Below, one piece after another: positions 1 to 9,826 of a stretch of 52,856 nt of DNA. The position numbers were made by a program, and so were the translations under genes. The notes under the pieces were generated by a model that saw only the letters and a list, made by a program, of their open reading frames with translations, did no database searches and was not told where the DNA came from. This DNA is from Alphaproteobacteria bacterium. GTDB lineage: Bacteria > Pseudomonadota > Alphaproteobacteria > Paracaedibacterales > CAIOTO01. Numbering within the stretch: position 1 is the stretch's first letter; the number at the start of each line of letters is the position of its first letter. The stretch spans positions 1-52,856 of the forward strand of contig CANLGW010000002.1 in NCBI GenBank assembly GCA_947490395.1, given 5' to 3'.

Positions 1-126
1 TTTTTTAGTATATCTTGCTTAAAATTTGAAGCGTTTTCCGTAAAAGTTTAGCTCTAATTCCACTTACGCAGTAGGTCTAATGAAGCATAGAATCATTTAA
101 AATACATCATTAATCATAATACAAAT

Positions 127-813
127 TTGACTTACGCAGGAGGTCTATTAGATCCATCAAAGTGTGCCCCTGGGAAATCACGGCATCTCATTCATTCACG
201 TGTGTTTCGATTTTTGCGTGCTGCTAATATCGAACTTGCCAATACTAATCAACGTATGTTTATTACACGTTTTGATTTGCCAGAGATACAAGAAGAAGAG
301 ACAATTGCTGATCTTATTTCAAAAGTTGACCTCTTTCAAACGCTTAGGAAGGCGCAAATTGCAACCATTGCACAAGCAACGATTCAACGAACCTTTAACA
401 AAGGGGATGTGATTTGTCAGCAAGGGGAAGACGGACGTTCGCTTTTTATTGTGCGTGAAGGTTTCTTGAAGGTGTTTATTAGAACGGAACAGGAAGAACA
501 AAAGCAAGTTGGTGTTCTTATACCTGAAGATTTCTTTGGCGAAATGTCATTGCTAACGGGAGACGTGCGATCGGCGACGGTTATTGCTGAATCCAGTATA
601 ACCCTCTATGAAATCAGCGCAGATGCACTCATCCCTATTTTTTCTGAGAACGATAAATTTTATAAAATTGTATCAAAAATTATAGCTGAGCGTCATAAAA
701 TTAATGCCGATGCCTCACAAAATAAAGAAGCAGAAATTAAGCAAAAAAGTATGTTGAGGGAACTGGAAGAGAAAATCCTGAATTTTTCCAAAAAACTGTT
801 GGGATTTAAATAA
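127..813 (+). CDS. cyclic nucleotide-binding domain protein; start uncertain (TTG 127 or ATG 256)
   Basis: cNMP-binding beta-roll signature FGEMSLLTGDVRSATVIAES preceded by GDVICQQGEDGRSLFIVREG. No C-terminal HTH. Upstream frame is closed by stops. Confidence 0.75.
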   Translation: MTYAGGLLDPSKCAPGKSRHLIHSRVFRFLRAANIELANTNQRMFITRFDLPEIQEEETIADLISKVDLFQTLRKAQIATIAQATIQRTFNKGDVICQQGEDGRSLFIVREGFLKVFIRTEQEEQKQVGVLIPEDFFGEMSLLTGDVRSATVIAESSITLYEISADALIPIFSENDKFYKIVSKIIAERHKINADASQNKEAEIKQKSMLRELEEKILNFSKKLLGFK

Positions 814-950
814 TAACCTGGGGTTCTCGTATTTTATTTGCATTGATTCAGTTGATTCGTTATACTTCATAAGTTCGATGAACTCCTTGCGCATGGTTTG
901 CCATGTGCTGTGGCTTGTCGTTATCAAGTTAACAACCGAAGGGAGCAATT

Positions 951-1334
951 ATGCGTTTTTATGAAACGGTATTTATAGCACGCCAGGACGTCACTTCAAA
1001 TCAAGTGGAAGCCCTAGCCCAACACTATACAAGTATAATTAAGGATCATGGCGGCGAAGTCAGCAAAACAGAGTTTTGTGGTTTACGTACACTCGCTTAT
1101 CCAATTAAAAAAAATAAAAAGGGACACTACATTCTTTTGAATATCGCTGTTGAGCCAATGGCAATTAAAGAAATGGAACGTCAGATGAATTTAAATGAGG
1201 ATGTTTTACGTTATTTGACAATAAGCGTTGAACAGCTAGATAATGCACCATCTTCATTGATGCAAAATCGTCACTATCGTGATGATCAGCGTGGTGGTTC
1301 AGATGATGTTGAAATCGAAATGGAAGAAGTGTAG
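951..1334 (+). CDS. rpsF: 30S ribosomal protein S6
   Basis: [13 protein letters not shown]... N-terminus and acidic C-tail typical of S6. Conserved rpsF-rpsR-rplI order. Confidence 0.97.
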   Translation: MRFYETVFIARQDVTSNQVEALAQHYTSIIKDHGGEVSKTEFCGLRTLAYPIKKNKKGHYILLNIAVEPMAIKEMERQMNLNEDVLRYLTISVEQLDNAPSSLMQNRHYRDDQRGGSDDVEIEMEEV

Positions 1335-1342
1335 AGGTTAGT

Positions 1343-1615
1343 ATGAGTGATTTAATTCCAGAAGGAACAGAAGGTGGCGCACGCCCATCAATGAGACGTC
1401 AATTTTTCCGTCGTCGTAAGACATGTCCATTCACAGGTACAAATGCAATGAAGATCGATTATAAAGATGTTCGTGTATTAAATAAATTTGTCTCTGAGCG
1501 TGGAAAAATGATGCCAAGTCGTATTAGTGCGGTATCGGCAAAAAATCAACGTGCGTTGTCTATTGCAATTAAGCGTGCACGTTTCTTGGCTCTTATGCCA
1601 TATGTTAATGGCTAA
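1343..1615 (+). CDS. rpsR: 30S ribosomal protein S18
   Basis: RRKTCPF...[50 protein letters not shown] is an S18 signature. Confidence 0.97.
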   Translation: MSDLIPEGTEGGARPSMRRQFFRRRKTCPFTGTNAMKIDYKDVRVLNKFVSERGKMMPSRISAVSAKNQRALSIAIKRARFLALMPYVNG

Positions 1616-1632
1616 AAGAAAGGACTCGTTAC

Positions 1633-2139
1633 ATGCAGGTTATTTTATTAGAACGCGTTGAAAAACTTGGTCAAATGGGTCAAGTTGTAACCGTAAAACC
1701 AGGTTATGCGCGTAACTTTTTGTTGCCACGTAAAAAGGCAATGCGCGCGACACGTGATAATGTTGCGTTTTTTGACAAACAAAAAGCACAATTAGAGGCG
1801 ATAAACCTTAAACTACGTCAAGAAGCTGAACATGTTGCAAAAGCAATGGAAGGTGTTCAAATTGTTATGATTCGTCAGGCGAGTGAAGTTGGACATCTTT
1901 ATGGTTCAGTTCGCACACAAGACGTATCGGAAGGATTGACGAAAGCAGGTTATACGGTTAATCGTACGCAAGTTTATATTGCAACACCTGTGAAAACGCT
2001 TGGTATTCATGGTGTGAAAATTATTTTGCATCCTGAAGTTTCGGTGATTGTGAGTGTCGTTGTGGCACAATCAGATGAAGAAGCGGGTGTTCGCATCCAA
2101 GCAGCAGCTGACGCGAGCGCGCAGGAAACAGCAGCTTAA
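1633..2139 (+). CDS. rplI: 50S ribosomal protein L9
   Basis: MQVILLERVEKLGQMGQVVTVKPGYARNFLLPRKKA is a canonical L9 N-terminus. Confidence 0.97.
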   Translation: MQVILLERVEKLGQMGQVVTVKPGYARNFLLPRKKAMRATRDNVAFFDKQKAQLEAINLKLRQEAEHVAKAMEGVQIVMIRQASEVGHLYGSVRTQDVSEGLTKAGYTVNRTQVYIATPVKTLGIHGVKIILHPEVSVIVSVVVAQSDEEAGVRIQAAADASAQETAA

Positions 2140-2193
2140 TCAATTTCACATAGCTTGTGATAATTGATAATAATTAGGCTACTTTTTAAAAAG

Positions 2194-2228
2194 AAAGGGC
2201 ACCTTGCACATGTAAGGTGCCTTTATTA
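2194..2228 (+). terminator. Rho-independent terminator after rplI
   Basis: 8-bp stem GGCACCTT (2198-2205) / AAGGTGCC (2214-2221), 8-nt loop, followed by TTTATTA. Confidence 0.7.
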
Positions 2229-2254
2229 TAGATCGAACTCTTTTCTAAAAGGCT

Positions 2255-2707
2255 ATGAACATTATGCGTTTTGTTGTTTTTTTTAGCGTTGTTTTATTTG
2301 TTTTTATGGTAATCTTTTTTTGTATGACTTTTGTTGATAAGCCCTTATTGATTGAGCGTTCTTTGTCTTTTCAGGAAGTGGAATCCAGCATAAATGATGT
2401 AGAACCAGAAGTAGTAATGACAAATAAGATGAAAGAAGGCGTTATGAATCATGTTGAAATTTATACAACTAAGACGTGTCCTTATTGCGATAAGGCAAAG
2501 AAATTGTTAATGAAAAAGAGTGTCTCATACCATGAAGTTGATGTCAGTTCGGACGCGGAACTTCGTCAATCAATGACAGATCGCGCGAACGGTCGCCGTA
2601 CAGTGCCTCAAATTTTTATTAATAGTGTTTCAATTGGTGGGTGTGATGATTTGTATGCGCTTGATGCAGCAGGTAAACTTGACATGCTTTTAAAGGATAC
2701 GCAATGA
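2255..2707 (+). CDS. grxC: glutaredoxin (Grx3-type); long ORF adds a 63-aa hydrophobic N-terminal extension, alternative start ATG 2444
   Basis: VEIYTTKTCPYCDKAKKLL...TVPQIFINSVSIGGCDDL contains the CPYC active site and the TVPQIF/GGCDD motifs. GAAGG Shine-Dalgarno lies 4-5 nt before ATG 2444. Confidence 0.85.
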   Translation: MNIMRFVVFFSVVLFVFMVIFFCMTFVDKPLLIERSLSFQEVESSINDVEPEVVMTNKMKEGVMNHVEIYTTKTCPYCDKAKKLLMKKSVSYHEVDVSSDAELRQSMTDRANGRRTVPQIFINSVSIGGCDDLYALDAAGKLDMLLKDTQ

Positions 2708-3672
2708 CACAGCACGAACATAATGTGTTGCAGACTGATTCTCTGCACACAAAAGTACTTATTATTGGCGGCGGACCTGCGGGTTATACAGCGGCTATTT
2801 ATGCGGCACGTGCCAATTTAAAACCCCTTCAAGCGCTTGGTCTTCAGCCTGGTGGACAGTTAATGATAACGACGGATGTTGAAAATTACCCAGGGTATAG
2901 TGAGGTCATTCAAGGGCCGTTTTTGATGGATGAAATGCGAAAACAAGCCGAGAATGTTGGCACAGAGATGTTCGAAGATACAATTATTGATGTTGATTTT
3001 TCAGCACGTCCGTTTAAAGTCACGACTGAAGATGGTAAGACAATTATGGCAGAAACAGTTATTATTGCAACAGGGGCAAAGGCGCGTTGGCTCGGTCTTG
3101 AATCCGAAACAAAGTTTCGTGGATTTGGCGTATCGGCATGTGCAACGTGTGATGGTTTTTTCTTTCGCGGGAAAAATGTGGCAATTGTAGGCGGTGGTAA
3201 CTCTGCGGTTGAGGAAGCACTTTACCTGACCAATCATGCGGAACATGTTACACTCATTCATCGACGTGATCATTTGCGCGCTGAAAAAATTGCACAAGAT
3301 CGCTTATTTGCGAATAAAAAAATTACGGTGCAATGGAATGCCGCTGTGAAAGAAGTGTGCGGGACTGAAAATCCCTATTCAGTAACGTATCTTGTATTGG
3401 AGGATACCGAAACACATATCGAATCAACACTTGCTGTTGATGGGTTATTTGTGGCCATTGGGCATGATCCAGCAAGCGCTTTGTTTAACGGAAAACTTGA
3501 GCTTGATTCAGAGGGTTATATTGTAACAGAGCCAAATAGCACAGTAACTTCAGTGCCAGGTGTATTTGCAGCAGGCGATGTGCAGGATAAAGTTTTTCGT
3601 CAGGCAGTAACAGCGGCGGGGCAGGGATGTATGGCTGCACTTGAAGCTGAACGTTTTTTGAGTCACCAATAA
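2704..3672 (+). CDS. trxB: thioredoxin-disulfide reductase
   Basis: GGGPAGYTAAIYAARA FAD motif, CATCDG redox-active disulfide, GGGNSAVEEALYL NADPH motif. Start overlaps the grx stop (ATGA). Confidence 0.95.
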   Translation: MTQHEHNVLQTDSLHTKVLIIGGGPAGYTAAIYAARANLKPLQALGLQPGGQLMITTDVENYPGYSEVIQGPFLMDEMRKQAENVGTEMFEDTIIDVDFSARPFKVTTEDGKTIMAETVIIATGAKARWLGLESETKFRGFGVSACATCDGFFFRGKNVAIVGGGNSAVEEALYLTNHAEHVTLIHRRDHLRAEKIAQDRLFANKKITVQWNAAVKEVCGTENPYSVTYLVLEDTETHIESTLAVDGLFVAIGHDPASALFNGKLELDSEGYIVTEPNSTVTSVPGVFAAGDVQDKVFRQAVTAAGQGCMAALEAERFLSHQ

Positions 3673-4652
3673 TGACACGGGTATCGCCGATTACAGATTA
3701 CGAATTTGGGGAGCTTATGGCTCCCTTTTCCATATCGCATTCTTTTGCTGTTGCTGTTTCCGGTGGCGCCGATAGCCTAGCACTTACATTATTGGCACAT
3801 CGTTATGCCTTATCTCATGGGATCGCGATGACTGCACTTACCGTCGATCATCATTTGCGGGATCATTCAACGGCTGAAGCAAATGCTGTGCATGCCTTGT
3901 TGGCCGAGCAGGGGATTATCCATACAGTATTAACATGGCAGCACGATACGCCTCCAACAACAAAAATTCAAGAAAAAGCACGCTGTCATCGTTATCGGTT
4001 GCTTTGGGATTGGTGCCAAATGAACAACGTTCAAACATTATTAACTGCGCATCATCAGGGTGATCAGGTTGAAACATTTTTTATGCGTTTAGCCCATCGA
4101 TCTGGTTTAAAGGGGTTGTCTTCTATGCGTAGTTGTACTCAAACACCGTTTGGCGTTTTGCTGCGCCCTTTTTTATCAACACCAAAAGAAAGGCTTGTGG
4201 CAACACTGAAAATATTTGGTGTTCAATGGTATGATGATCCAAGTAATAAAAATCATAAATTTGAACGTATTCGTTTGCGTTATGCGTTGAACATACTCGA
4301 AGATACAGGTGTTTTGACGGCGGATGCAATTTCAATAAGCATTCAAAAATTACAATATATTGATGATTTTTTAGATGAAAGTGTGCATACATTTTTTAAA
4401 ACGTACGAGGCGACTTGCTTTCCTCTGATCGCGTTTCAGGGGCAGCATTTTGTTTTAAGGCGCCGTATTCTTGTCTATCTGTTAAAAGAACTTTCATCGC
4501 AGTCCTACGGCGCGCCTGATGCGCTAATTGATCGTGTAGCTGCACAGATGATGCAACCCACGTTTAAGGGAACGACACTTGGCGGCCTTTACCTTAAACG
4601 TTCAGCGGGCGGTATGGTGCGTGTGCAAAGAGAAAATAGACGTATCGTGTAA
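3672..4652 (+). CDS. tilS: tRNA(Ile)-lysidine synthase
   Basis: PP-loop SGGADS in AVAVSGGADSLALTLLA, followed by LTVDHHLR. Confidence 0.9.
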   Translation: MTRVSPITDYEFGELMAPFSISHSFAVAVSGGADSLALTLLAHRYALSHGIAMTALTVDHHLRDHSTAEANAVHALLAEQGIIHTVLTWQHDTPPTTKIQEKARCHRYRLLWDWCQMNNVQTLLTAHHQGDQVETFFMRLAHRSGLKGLSSMRSCTQTPFGVLLRPFLSTPKERLVATLKIFGVQWYDDPSNKNHKFERIRLRYALNILEDTGVLTADAISISIQKLQYIDDFLDESVHTFFKTYEATCFPLIAFQGQHFVLRRRILVYLLKELSSQSYGAPDALIDRVAAQMMQPTFKGTTLGGLYLKRSAGGMVRVQRENRRIV

Positions 4653-4878
4653 GCCATGCTCCCGTGCTTTATTGCCATCCTCGTGCTTGGCATAAATATC
4701 TCTATAGGTGAGGCGGTATATTGTTCATTTTTTGCTTATAAAATCATCAAATCTTTGCTTTTGACACATTTTAGATCTTCGGATCAAATCCGAAGATGAC
4801 AAAGTAGAGTTCGAAGATGACGGAAAAGAGAGTGGGTCTTTAGAAGTGACGGATAGTATGCGTGTAAGGGTTAGTAGG

Positions 4879-6159
4879 TTAACTTAAAGATACACATTGA
4901 GTCGTATATCCTTGTGTCATTTTTGCTAAGTAATCAAGTGCTAAAACTTTTCCTTCTTCAACAGCTGGTTGATTAAAGGGATTCACATTCCAAAACTGTG
5001 CAGCAGCAAGGGTTTCTAACATAAAATACATCATGAGTGAGCCTAAATTATTGGCATCGAGGTGCGTTAATTCAATATGCCGTATGGGACAGTCGTGATG
5101 ACGCAGAGTATCAATTGTTGCTTTTTGTTCAGCAATCATGAGATCACCCATTGAACGATTCGCAATTGCTGTAATGGATGGGTGCATCACGCCTGTCGGC
5201 AATGAAATGGGTGAAAGTGGTGTTTGCGTTTCAAGGGTTAAAATGGTGAAGAATTTATCACGAGGACCATCAAGGTAAAGTTGTAATTGGGAATGTTGAT
5301 CAACAGTGCCAATTGCTTTGATTGGTGTTGTACCTACAGATACGCCTGAATCGTCCTTTTTACCAAGACTTTCTGCCCATAGTTGTGCAAACCATTCACA
5401 AAATTTACCGAGTTGATTTGCATAAGCCATAAGGATAGCTTGCGAGATACCTTGACGTTGGTAGGCTACCTGCATGAGAGCACCAGCAAGAGGAGGACAT
5501 GTTTCAGCAGTCGTATTCACCGCATTTAAAAAGGATTCATTTGCACCTTCGCAAAAAGCGGCGACATCAATATCCACAATCATTGCGGGAAGCAAGGCAA
5601 CGCATGTAAATGCAGAAAAACGACCACCAACATCTAAAGGGTGATCAATACAGGTAATTTCATAGGTGGTGGCTACTTCGCGCATCGCATTAGTTTTAGG
5701 CTCTGTTATAATACGCATATGTGTTTTTGGGGTAAAGGTTTTCCATGTCTGTAATAGGGTAAGTGTTTGCATTAACGTTTCCGCTGTATTACCTGATTTT
5801 GAAATGGAGAGCACCCCTGTTGTTGATGGATCCAAATGCGTTAATACTGATTGAAACGTAGTACTATCAATATTATCCAAAAAGTGTAAGGTCGGCTGCG
5901 TTTGTTTCGCATATAAGGAAGGGGTAGCAAGGGCTGTTAATGCTTGTCCACCAAGGCTAGAACCACCTGTCCCCAATATAATAACATCTTTAAATTTTTT
6001 AAATGTGTTGGCGTGTGGTTGTAATGCTTTTATGGTATGGGCAGCTTGTTGTACATGCTTAATTAAAGGCCACGTTGATTCTAATGTTTTGATGTAGCTG
6101 AAAACAGAGTCAGCGTTTTTCCAAAGATCTTGTATGTGTGTTGCATTTAATTCAGTCAT
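4879..6159 (-). CDS. pgi: glucose-6-phosphate isomerase (short form)
   Basis: GTGGSSLGGQAL and ISKSGNTAETL SIS-domain motifs of PGI. Confidence 0.9.
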   Translation of the reverse strand: MTELNATHIQDLWKNADSVFSYIKTLESTWPLIKHVQQAAHTIKALQPHANTFKKFKDVIILGTGGSSLGGQALTALATPSLYAKQTQPTLHFLDNIDSTTFQSVLTHLDPSTTGVLSISKSGNTAETLMQTLTLLQTWKTFTPKTHMRIITEPKTNAMREVATTYEITCIDHPLDVGGRFSAFTCVALLPAMIVDIDVAAFCEGANESFLNAVNTTAETCPPLAGALMQVAYQRQGISQAILMAYANQLGKFCEWFAQLWAESLGKKDDSGVSVGTTPIKAIGTVDQHSQLQLYLDGPRDKFFTILTLETQTPLSPISLPTGVMHPSITAIANRSMGDLMIAEQKATIDTLRHHDCPIRHIELTHLDANNLGSLMMYFMLETLAAAQFWNVNPFNQPAVEEGKVLALDYLAKMTQGYTTQCVSLS

Positions 6160-6298
6160 TAGGCTACCTTTTTAGGGATGTATTTATTATAATGTTATTA
6201 ACGATATCAATTTGTGTGTTACTTGGCAATAAAAAGTTTGTTTATTGTATTTTTTATTCTTTTTTATTTTAAAAATAGTGTGTGGAGATTGTTTATTT

Positions 6299-7057
6299 AT
6301 GAATGTTTTAATAATTGGTGGTGGGGCAATGGGATCTGCCTTAAAACAGTGTTGGCAGGATTTTGATGTGATTACTATTGATCCCATTCAGGAAGGTTGT
6401 ATACGATCAATAAACGATTTACCAGCATCGTATAAGCCTGATGTTATTGTGCTTGCTGTAAAACCGCAACTTATGGAATCAGTATTGCCTGTTTATGTTA
6501 AAGCATTTGTCGGTATTGGTTGCGTATGGGTAAGTGTTGCCGCTGGTTTGCCGCTTACCTTCTATAAACAGCATGCACCTGAATGTACGTTTGTTCGTTG
6601 CATGCCCAATTTGCCTGTATTGTATAAGGAAGGTGCAATTGGCCTTTATTCACCGCACCAATCCGTTGTTTTTGATACGATGCAGGTTTTATTTTCGTAT
6701 GCAGGTCAGGTGGTTTGGATGGATGATGAAACGGATATGGATGCTGTGACGGCTCTATCTGGCAGTGGGTCTGCCTATTGTTATTTGATGGTTGAATGTC
6801 TTGCTAAGGCTGGTATCGCGTTAGGGTTGCCAGAGATTATCGCAACAGCGTTAGCACGGCAAACATTAATTGGGGCGGGAGCGATGCTCAAAAATGATAA
6901 GCGGGATGCATCTGTTTTGCGTGAACAGGTTACAAGTTCAAAAGGAACAACCGAAGCCGCGTTATATGTTTTGATGCACGATGATCGTCTAGAAAAGACT
7001 TTTATGGATGCGATGCAAGCGGCTTATGAACGGAGCTGTGCTTTGTCAAAAATGTGA
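6299..7057 (+). CDS. proC: pyrroline-5-carboxylate reductase
   Basis: MNVLIIGGGAMGSAL Rossmann N-terminus and the C-terminal SSKGTTEAAL P5CR signature. The ORF-track start at 6245 adds an implausible 18-aa extension. Confidence 0.9.
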   Translation: MNVLIIGGGAMGSALKQCWQDFDVITIDPIQEGCIRSINDLPASYKPDVIVLAVKPQLMESVLPVYVKAFVGIGCVWVSVAAGLPLTFYKQHAPECTFVRCMPNLPVLYKEGAIGLYSPHQSVVFDTMQVLFSYAGQVVWMDDETDMDAVTALSGSGSAYCYLMVECLAKAGIALGLPEIIATALARQTLIGAGAMLKNDKRDASVLREQVTSSKGTTEAALYVLMHDDRLEKTFMDAMQAAYERSCALSKM

Positions 7058-7147
7058 GTAGAAATCAATTTTATCATTCCTGTTGACTTCATTATACGCA
7101 TATGCCATGACTATTTTGGTTGATGATTTTAAATAAAGGATTGATTT

Positions 7148-8035
7148 GTGAATAAAATTTTAAAAGTATATGTTAGTACTATTGTTTTTGCCACCTCTGC
7201 AATGTGTGCGGTGTTTTCATCAGGGCATCCCGATGATCTATTGACTGAATTTAAAGAGAGTTATGCTGGTGGTGCATTGAATGTTCGTTATGCGGCGCGT
7301 GCTGATGAAACCGCATTTAATGCTTTAAAAGAAGAACATAATAAACAAGACCCTAAATTTATGTCTGATATTGGGGATGTATTTGGTTATCAAATGGGAC
7401 GTCTTGGGTTGTCAAATGCGCAATTAGCACAGAGTGATCCTGTACAAACATGTGCGTGGTCTCTTGTTTTGTTTACAGAGCAGCAGATGAATCCTGAAAC
7501 AGGTGAATCGAAGGATGTGTTAAAAGCGGCATTAAGTTTGGGTCGTTTTGTCACAGCGGTTCGAAAAACAATGATCGGCGAAGGTGGTGACGTTTTGTAT
7601 GATGACAAAGGCGAAATAAAATATACACCTGGCTATCATGAAGAAAATCACGCAGGTATTATTGATTTCTGCAGTGAAATTGGTATGCTTGACACTCATG
7701 AAAATAGAGCCGAGCGTGTACGCATTGATAACCGTGGTGCGGCTACCTATAATATTGTTGCAAATGTGACCAGTCTTTCGAATGAACAACTTTTAGAAAT
7801 TCATAGGTTTGGTGTGAATTATGCACGATTTTTAAGTCAAAAAGCGCGCGAAGGGGATACTCGATGTCTTTTGCCTGTTGAAAATACAACGCCATATTAT
7901 ATCGCTCTTATTGCGCGTTTGGCGCAGCCTGATTGGCGGCAAATGATTGATGTTGGTTTAGAGGAATTTGAACGTAAGGGGTTTTGTGAATTTAAGCCTA
8001 ATTTTCATTCAAATGTGTATGGTACACCACTGTAA
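7148..8035 (+). CDS. hypothetical secreted protein (signal peptide), no recognised family
   Basis: GTG start 7 nt after AAGGA. N-terminus MNKILKVYVSTIVFATSAMCAVFSS is signal-peptide-like. A terminator hairpin lies directly downstream. Confidence 0.6.
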   Translation: MNKILKVYVSTIVFATSAMCAVFSSGHPDDLLTEFKESYAGGALNVRYAARADETAFNALKEEHNKQDPKFMSDIGDVFGYQMGRLGLSNAQLAQSDPVQTCAWSLVLFTEQQMNPETGESKDVLKAALSLGRFVTAVRKTMIGEGGDVLYDDKGEIKYTPGYHEENHAGIIDFCSEIGMLDTHENRAERVRIDNRGAATYNIVANVTSLSNEQLLEIHRFGVNYARFLSQKAREGDTRCLLPVENTTPYYIALIARLAQPDWRQMIDVGLEEFERKGFCEFKPNFHSNVYGTPL

Positions 8036-8069
8036 GAATTGATTTTTTTGTTCGTGTTTTATTTATTTT

Positions 8070-8095
8070 CCCCGTATCATCCCACGGGGGTTTTT
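8070..8095 (+). terminator. Rho-independent terminator
   Basis: CCCCGT (8070-8075) / ACGGGG (8084-8089) stem followed by GTTTTT. Confidence 0.6.
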
Positions 8096-8686
8096 CTATG
8101 CATGACCACATTCTAATGTTAACGCCGCTGGATTTACCCCAATAGATGCCATGGCTGTGCGCCATTTCTCATCAACAGGCGTGTTAAAAATAAGGTGCTC
8201 ATTTGCATCAACCATCAACCATCCGTTATCACTCAGTTCTTGTTCTAACTGACCAGCTGACCATCCTGCATATCCAAGTGCAACTACAAGTTTTTTAGGG
8301 CCTTCACCACGGGATAAGGCTTTAAGTATTTCAAGCGTTGATGTCACACCAAATTGATCATCAACACAAACGGTTGATTCGATCGTATAATCGAGGCTGT
8401 GAATAACAAATCCACGCCTAATGTCAACAGGTCCACCATATAAAATTGGTAGATCAAGGCAGTTATAACCAATTGTAATGTCAACTTGTTTTAATAAATC
8501 ATGGAATGAAAGTCCCGTTAGGTATTTATTGATGATAATCCCCATGGAACCATTTGCATCATGCCCACAAATATAGATGATGCTTTGATGGAATCGCGAA
8601 TCTTGCATATAAGGCATCGCAACGAGTATTTTTCCAGATAATTTTGATAGCTCTAGAGTGCTCGTTTTTTTGTATTTTTGTGACAA
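8096..8686 (-). CDS. YqgE/AlgH family protein (UPF0301)
   Basis: ILVAMPYMQDSRFHQSIIYICGHDANGSMGIIINK and the GYAGWSAGQLEQEL motif are typical of YqgE/AlgH. Confidence 0.9.
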   Translation of the reverse strand: MSQKYKKTSTLELSKLSGKILVAMPYMQDSRFHQSIIYICGHDANGSMGIIINKYLTGLSFHDLLKQVDITIGYNCLDLPILYGGPVDIRRGFVIHSLDYTIESTVCVDDQFGVTSTLEILKALSRGEGPKKLVVALGYAGWSAGQLEQELSDNGWLMVDANEHLIFNTPVDEKWRTAMASIGVNPAALTLECGHA

Positions 8687-8826
8687 AGTTTTTATCCTTG
8701 TTATTTACTTACTTTTATTATGCATATCAAGTGTTACGAAATTATTAATTTTGAATATTTTATTAGGGTTGTTCTTTTGTCTATTTAGCCCTATCATTAT
8801 TTGTGTCTCTATAATGTGAGTGTGCT

Positions 8827-9699
8827 ATGTCTCTTCATCATGATTCGAATCATGACTATCACTACATACGAAAAGTTAAAAATATCCCGATGCTCACGAG
8901 TGATGAAGAAATTCAACTTGCACGAGCTTGGCGAGAAACGCAAGATCGGGTTGCCGTTGAGAAACTAATTAATACTCATTTGCGTTTGGTGGCAAAGATT
9001 GCGTCAGGTTATCGCGGGTATGGCCTGCCGTTAAGTGATTTAATTGCCGAAGGTAATGTTGGCATGATGCAGGCAATGAAGCATTATGATCCTGAAAAGG
9101 GATTCCGTTTGTCAACGTATGCGATGTGGTGGATAAAAGCCAGTATACAAGAACATATTTTACATAGTTGGTCATTGGTTAAAATTGGAACGACTGCCGC
9201 ACAGCGTAAATTATTCTTCAATCTTCGAAAAACACGTGAAGCGATTCGTGGCGTGCATGAAGAAGATCATTTAACGCCAGAGCTTATTACGGCGCTTGCA
9301 ACCAAACTAAAAGTGCGTGAAGAAGAAATTGTTCACATGAGCCAGCGCTTAATACGTGATAATTCATTAAACTCAACCCTTGGGGGTGGCGATGATAATC
9401 AAATAGAGTGGATTGAATGGTTGACGGATGAACGCGATAATCAGGAAATCCAGCTCATTCAAAAGGATGAATTAAAGAAACGTGTGGCACTTTTTAATAA
9501 GGCAATGCAATGTTTGAATGAACGTGAGCGTAAGATTATAACAGAACGTCGTTTGACTGAGCCTCCATTAACGCTTGAAGAGGTCAGTATTGATATAGGT
9601 GTTTCACGCGAACGTGTTCGCCAAATTGAAAATAGTGCCTTTTCAAAATTGCAGAAACACATTCGTAATTTAGTGAATCTCCATCCGCATCATGTGTAA
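8827..9699 (+). CDS. rpoH: RNA polymerase sigma-32 (heat shock sigma factor)
   Basis: Region 2 LIAEGNVGMMQAMKHYDPEKGFRLSTYAMWWIKASI and the RpoH box QRKLFFNLRK. Confidence 0.93.
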   Translation: MSLHHDSNHDYHYIRKVKNIPMLTSDEEIQLARAWRETQDRVAVEKLINTHLRLVAKIASGYRGYGLPLSDLIAEGNVGMMQAMKHYDPEKGFRLSTYAMWWIKASIQEHILHSWSLVKIGTTAAQRKLFFNLRKTREAIRGVHEEDHLTPELITALATKLKVREEEIVHMSQRLIRDNSLNSTLGGGDDNQIEWIEWLTDERDNQEIQLIQKDELKKRVALFNKAMQCLNERERKIITERRLTEPPLTLEEVSIDIGVSRERVRQIENSAFSKLQKHIRNLVNLHPHHV

Positions 9700-9826
9700 A
9701 CGATACATACTGTATATAGGCATTTTTTACCACGTAGGTAATTTATGCCCATTTTTCTATTATTTCATAAATAGATATAGAACAAACTTTTTAACTATAC
9801 TGTAAGTAAATCTTATTTCTTTGTGT

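Noticed and set aside
7148-8035. Considered calling the secreted hypothetical protein a GNAT acetyltransferase, based on DNRGAATYNIV and the C-terminal EEFERKGFCEF.
   Set aside because: The Q/R-x-x-G-x-G/A motif does not align properly, and the rest of the fold cannot be judged by eye. It was left as hypothetical.
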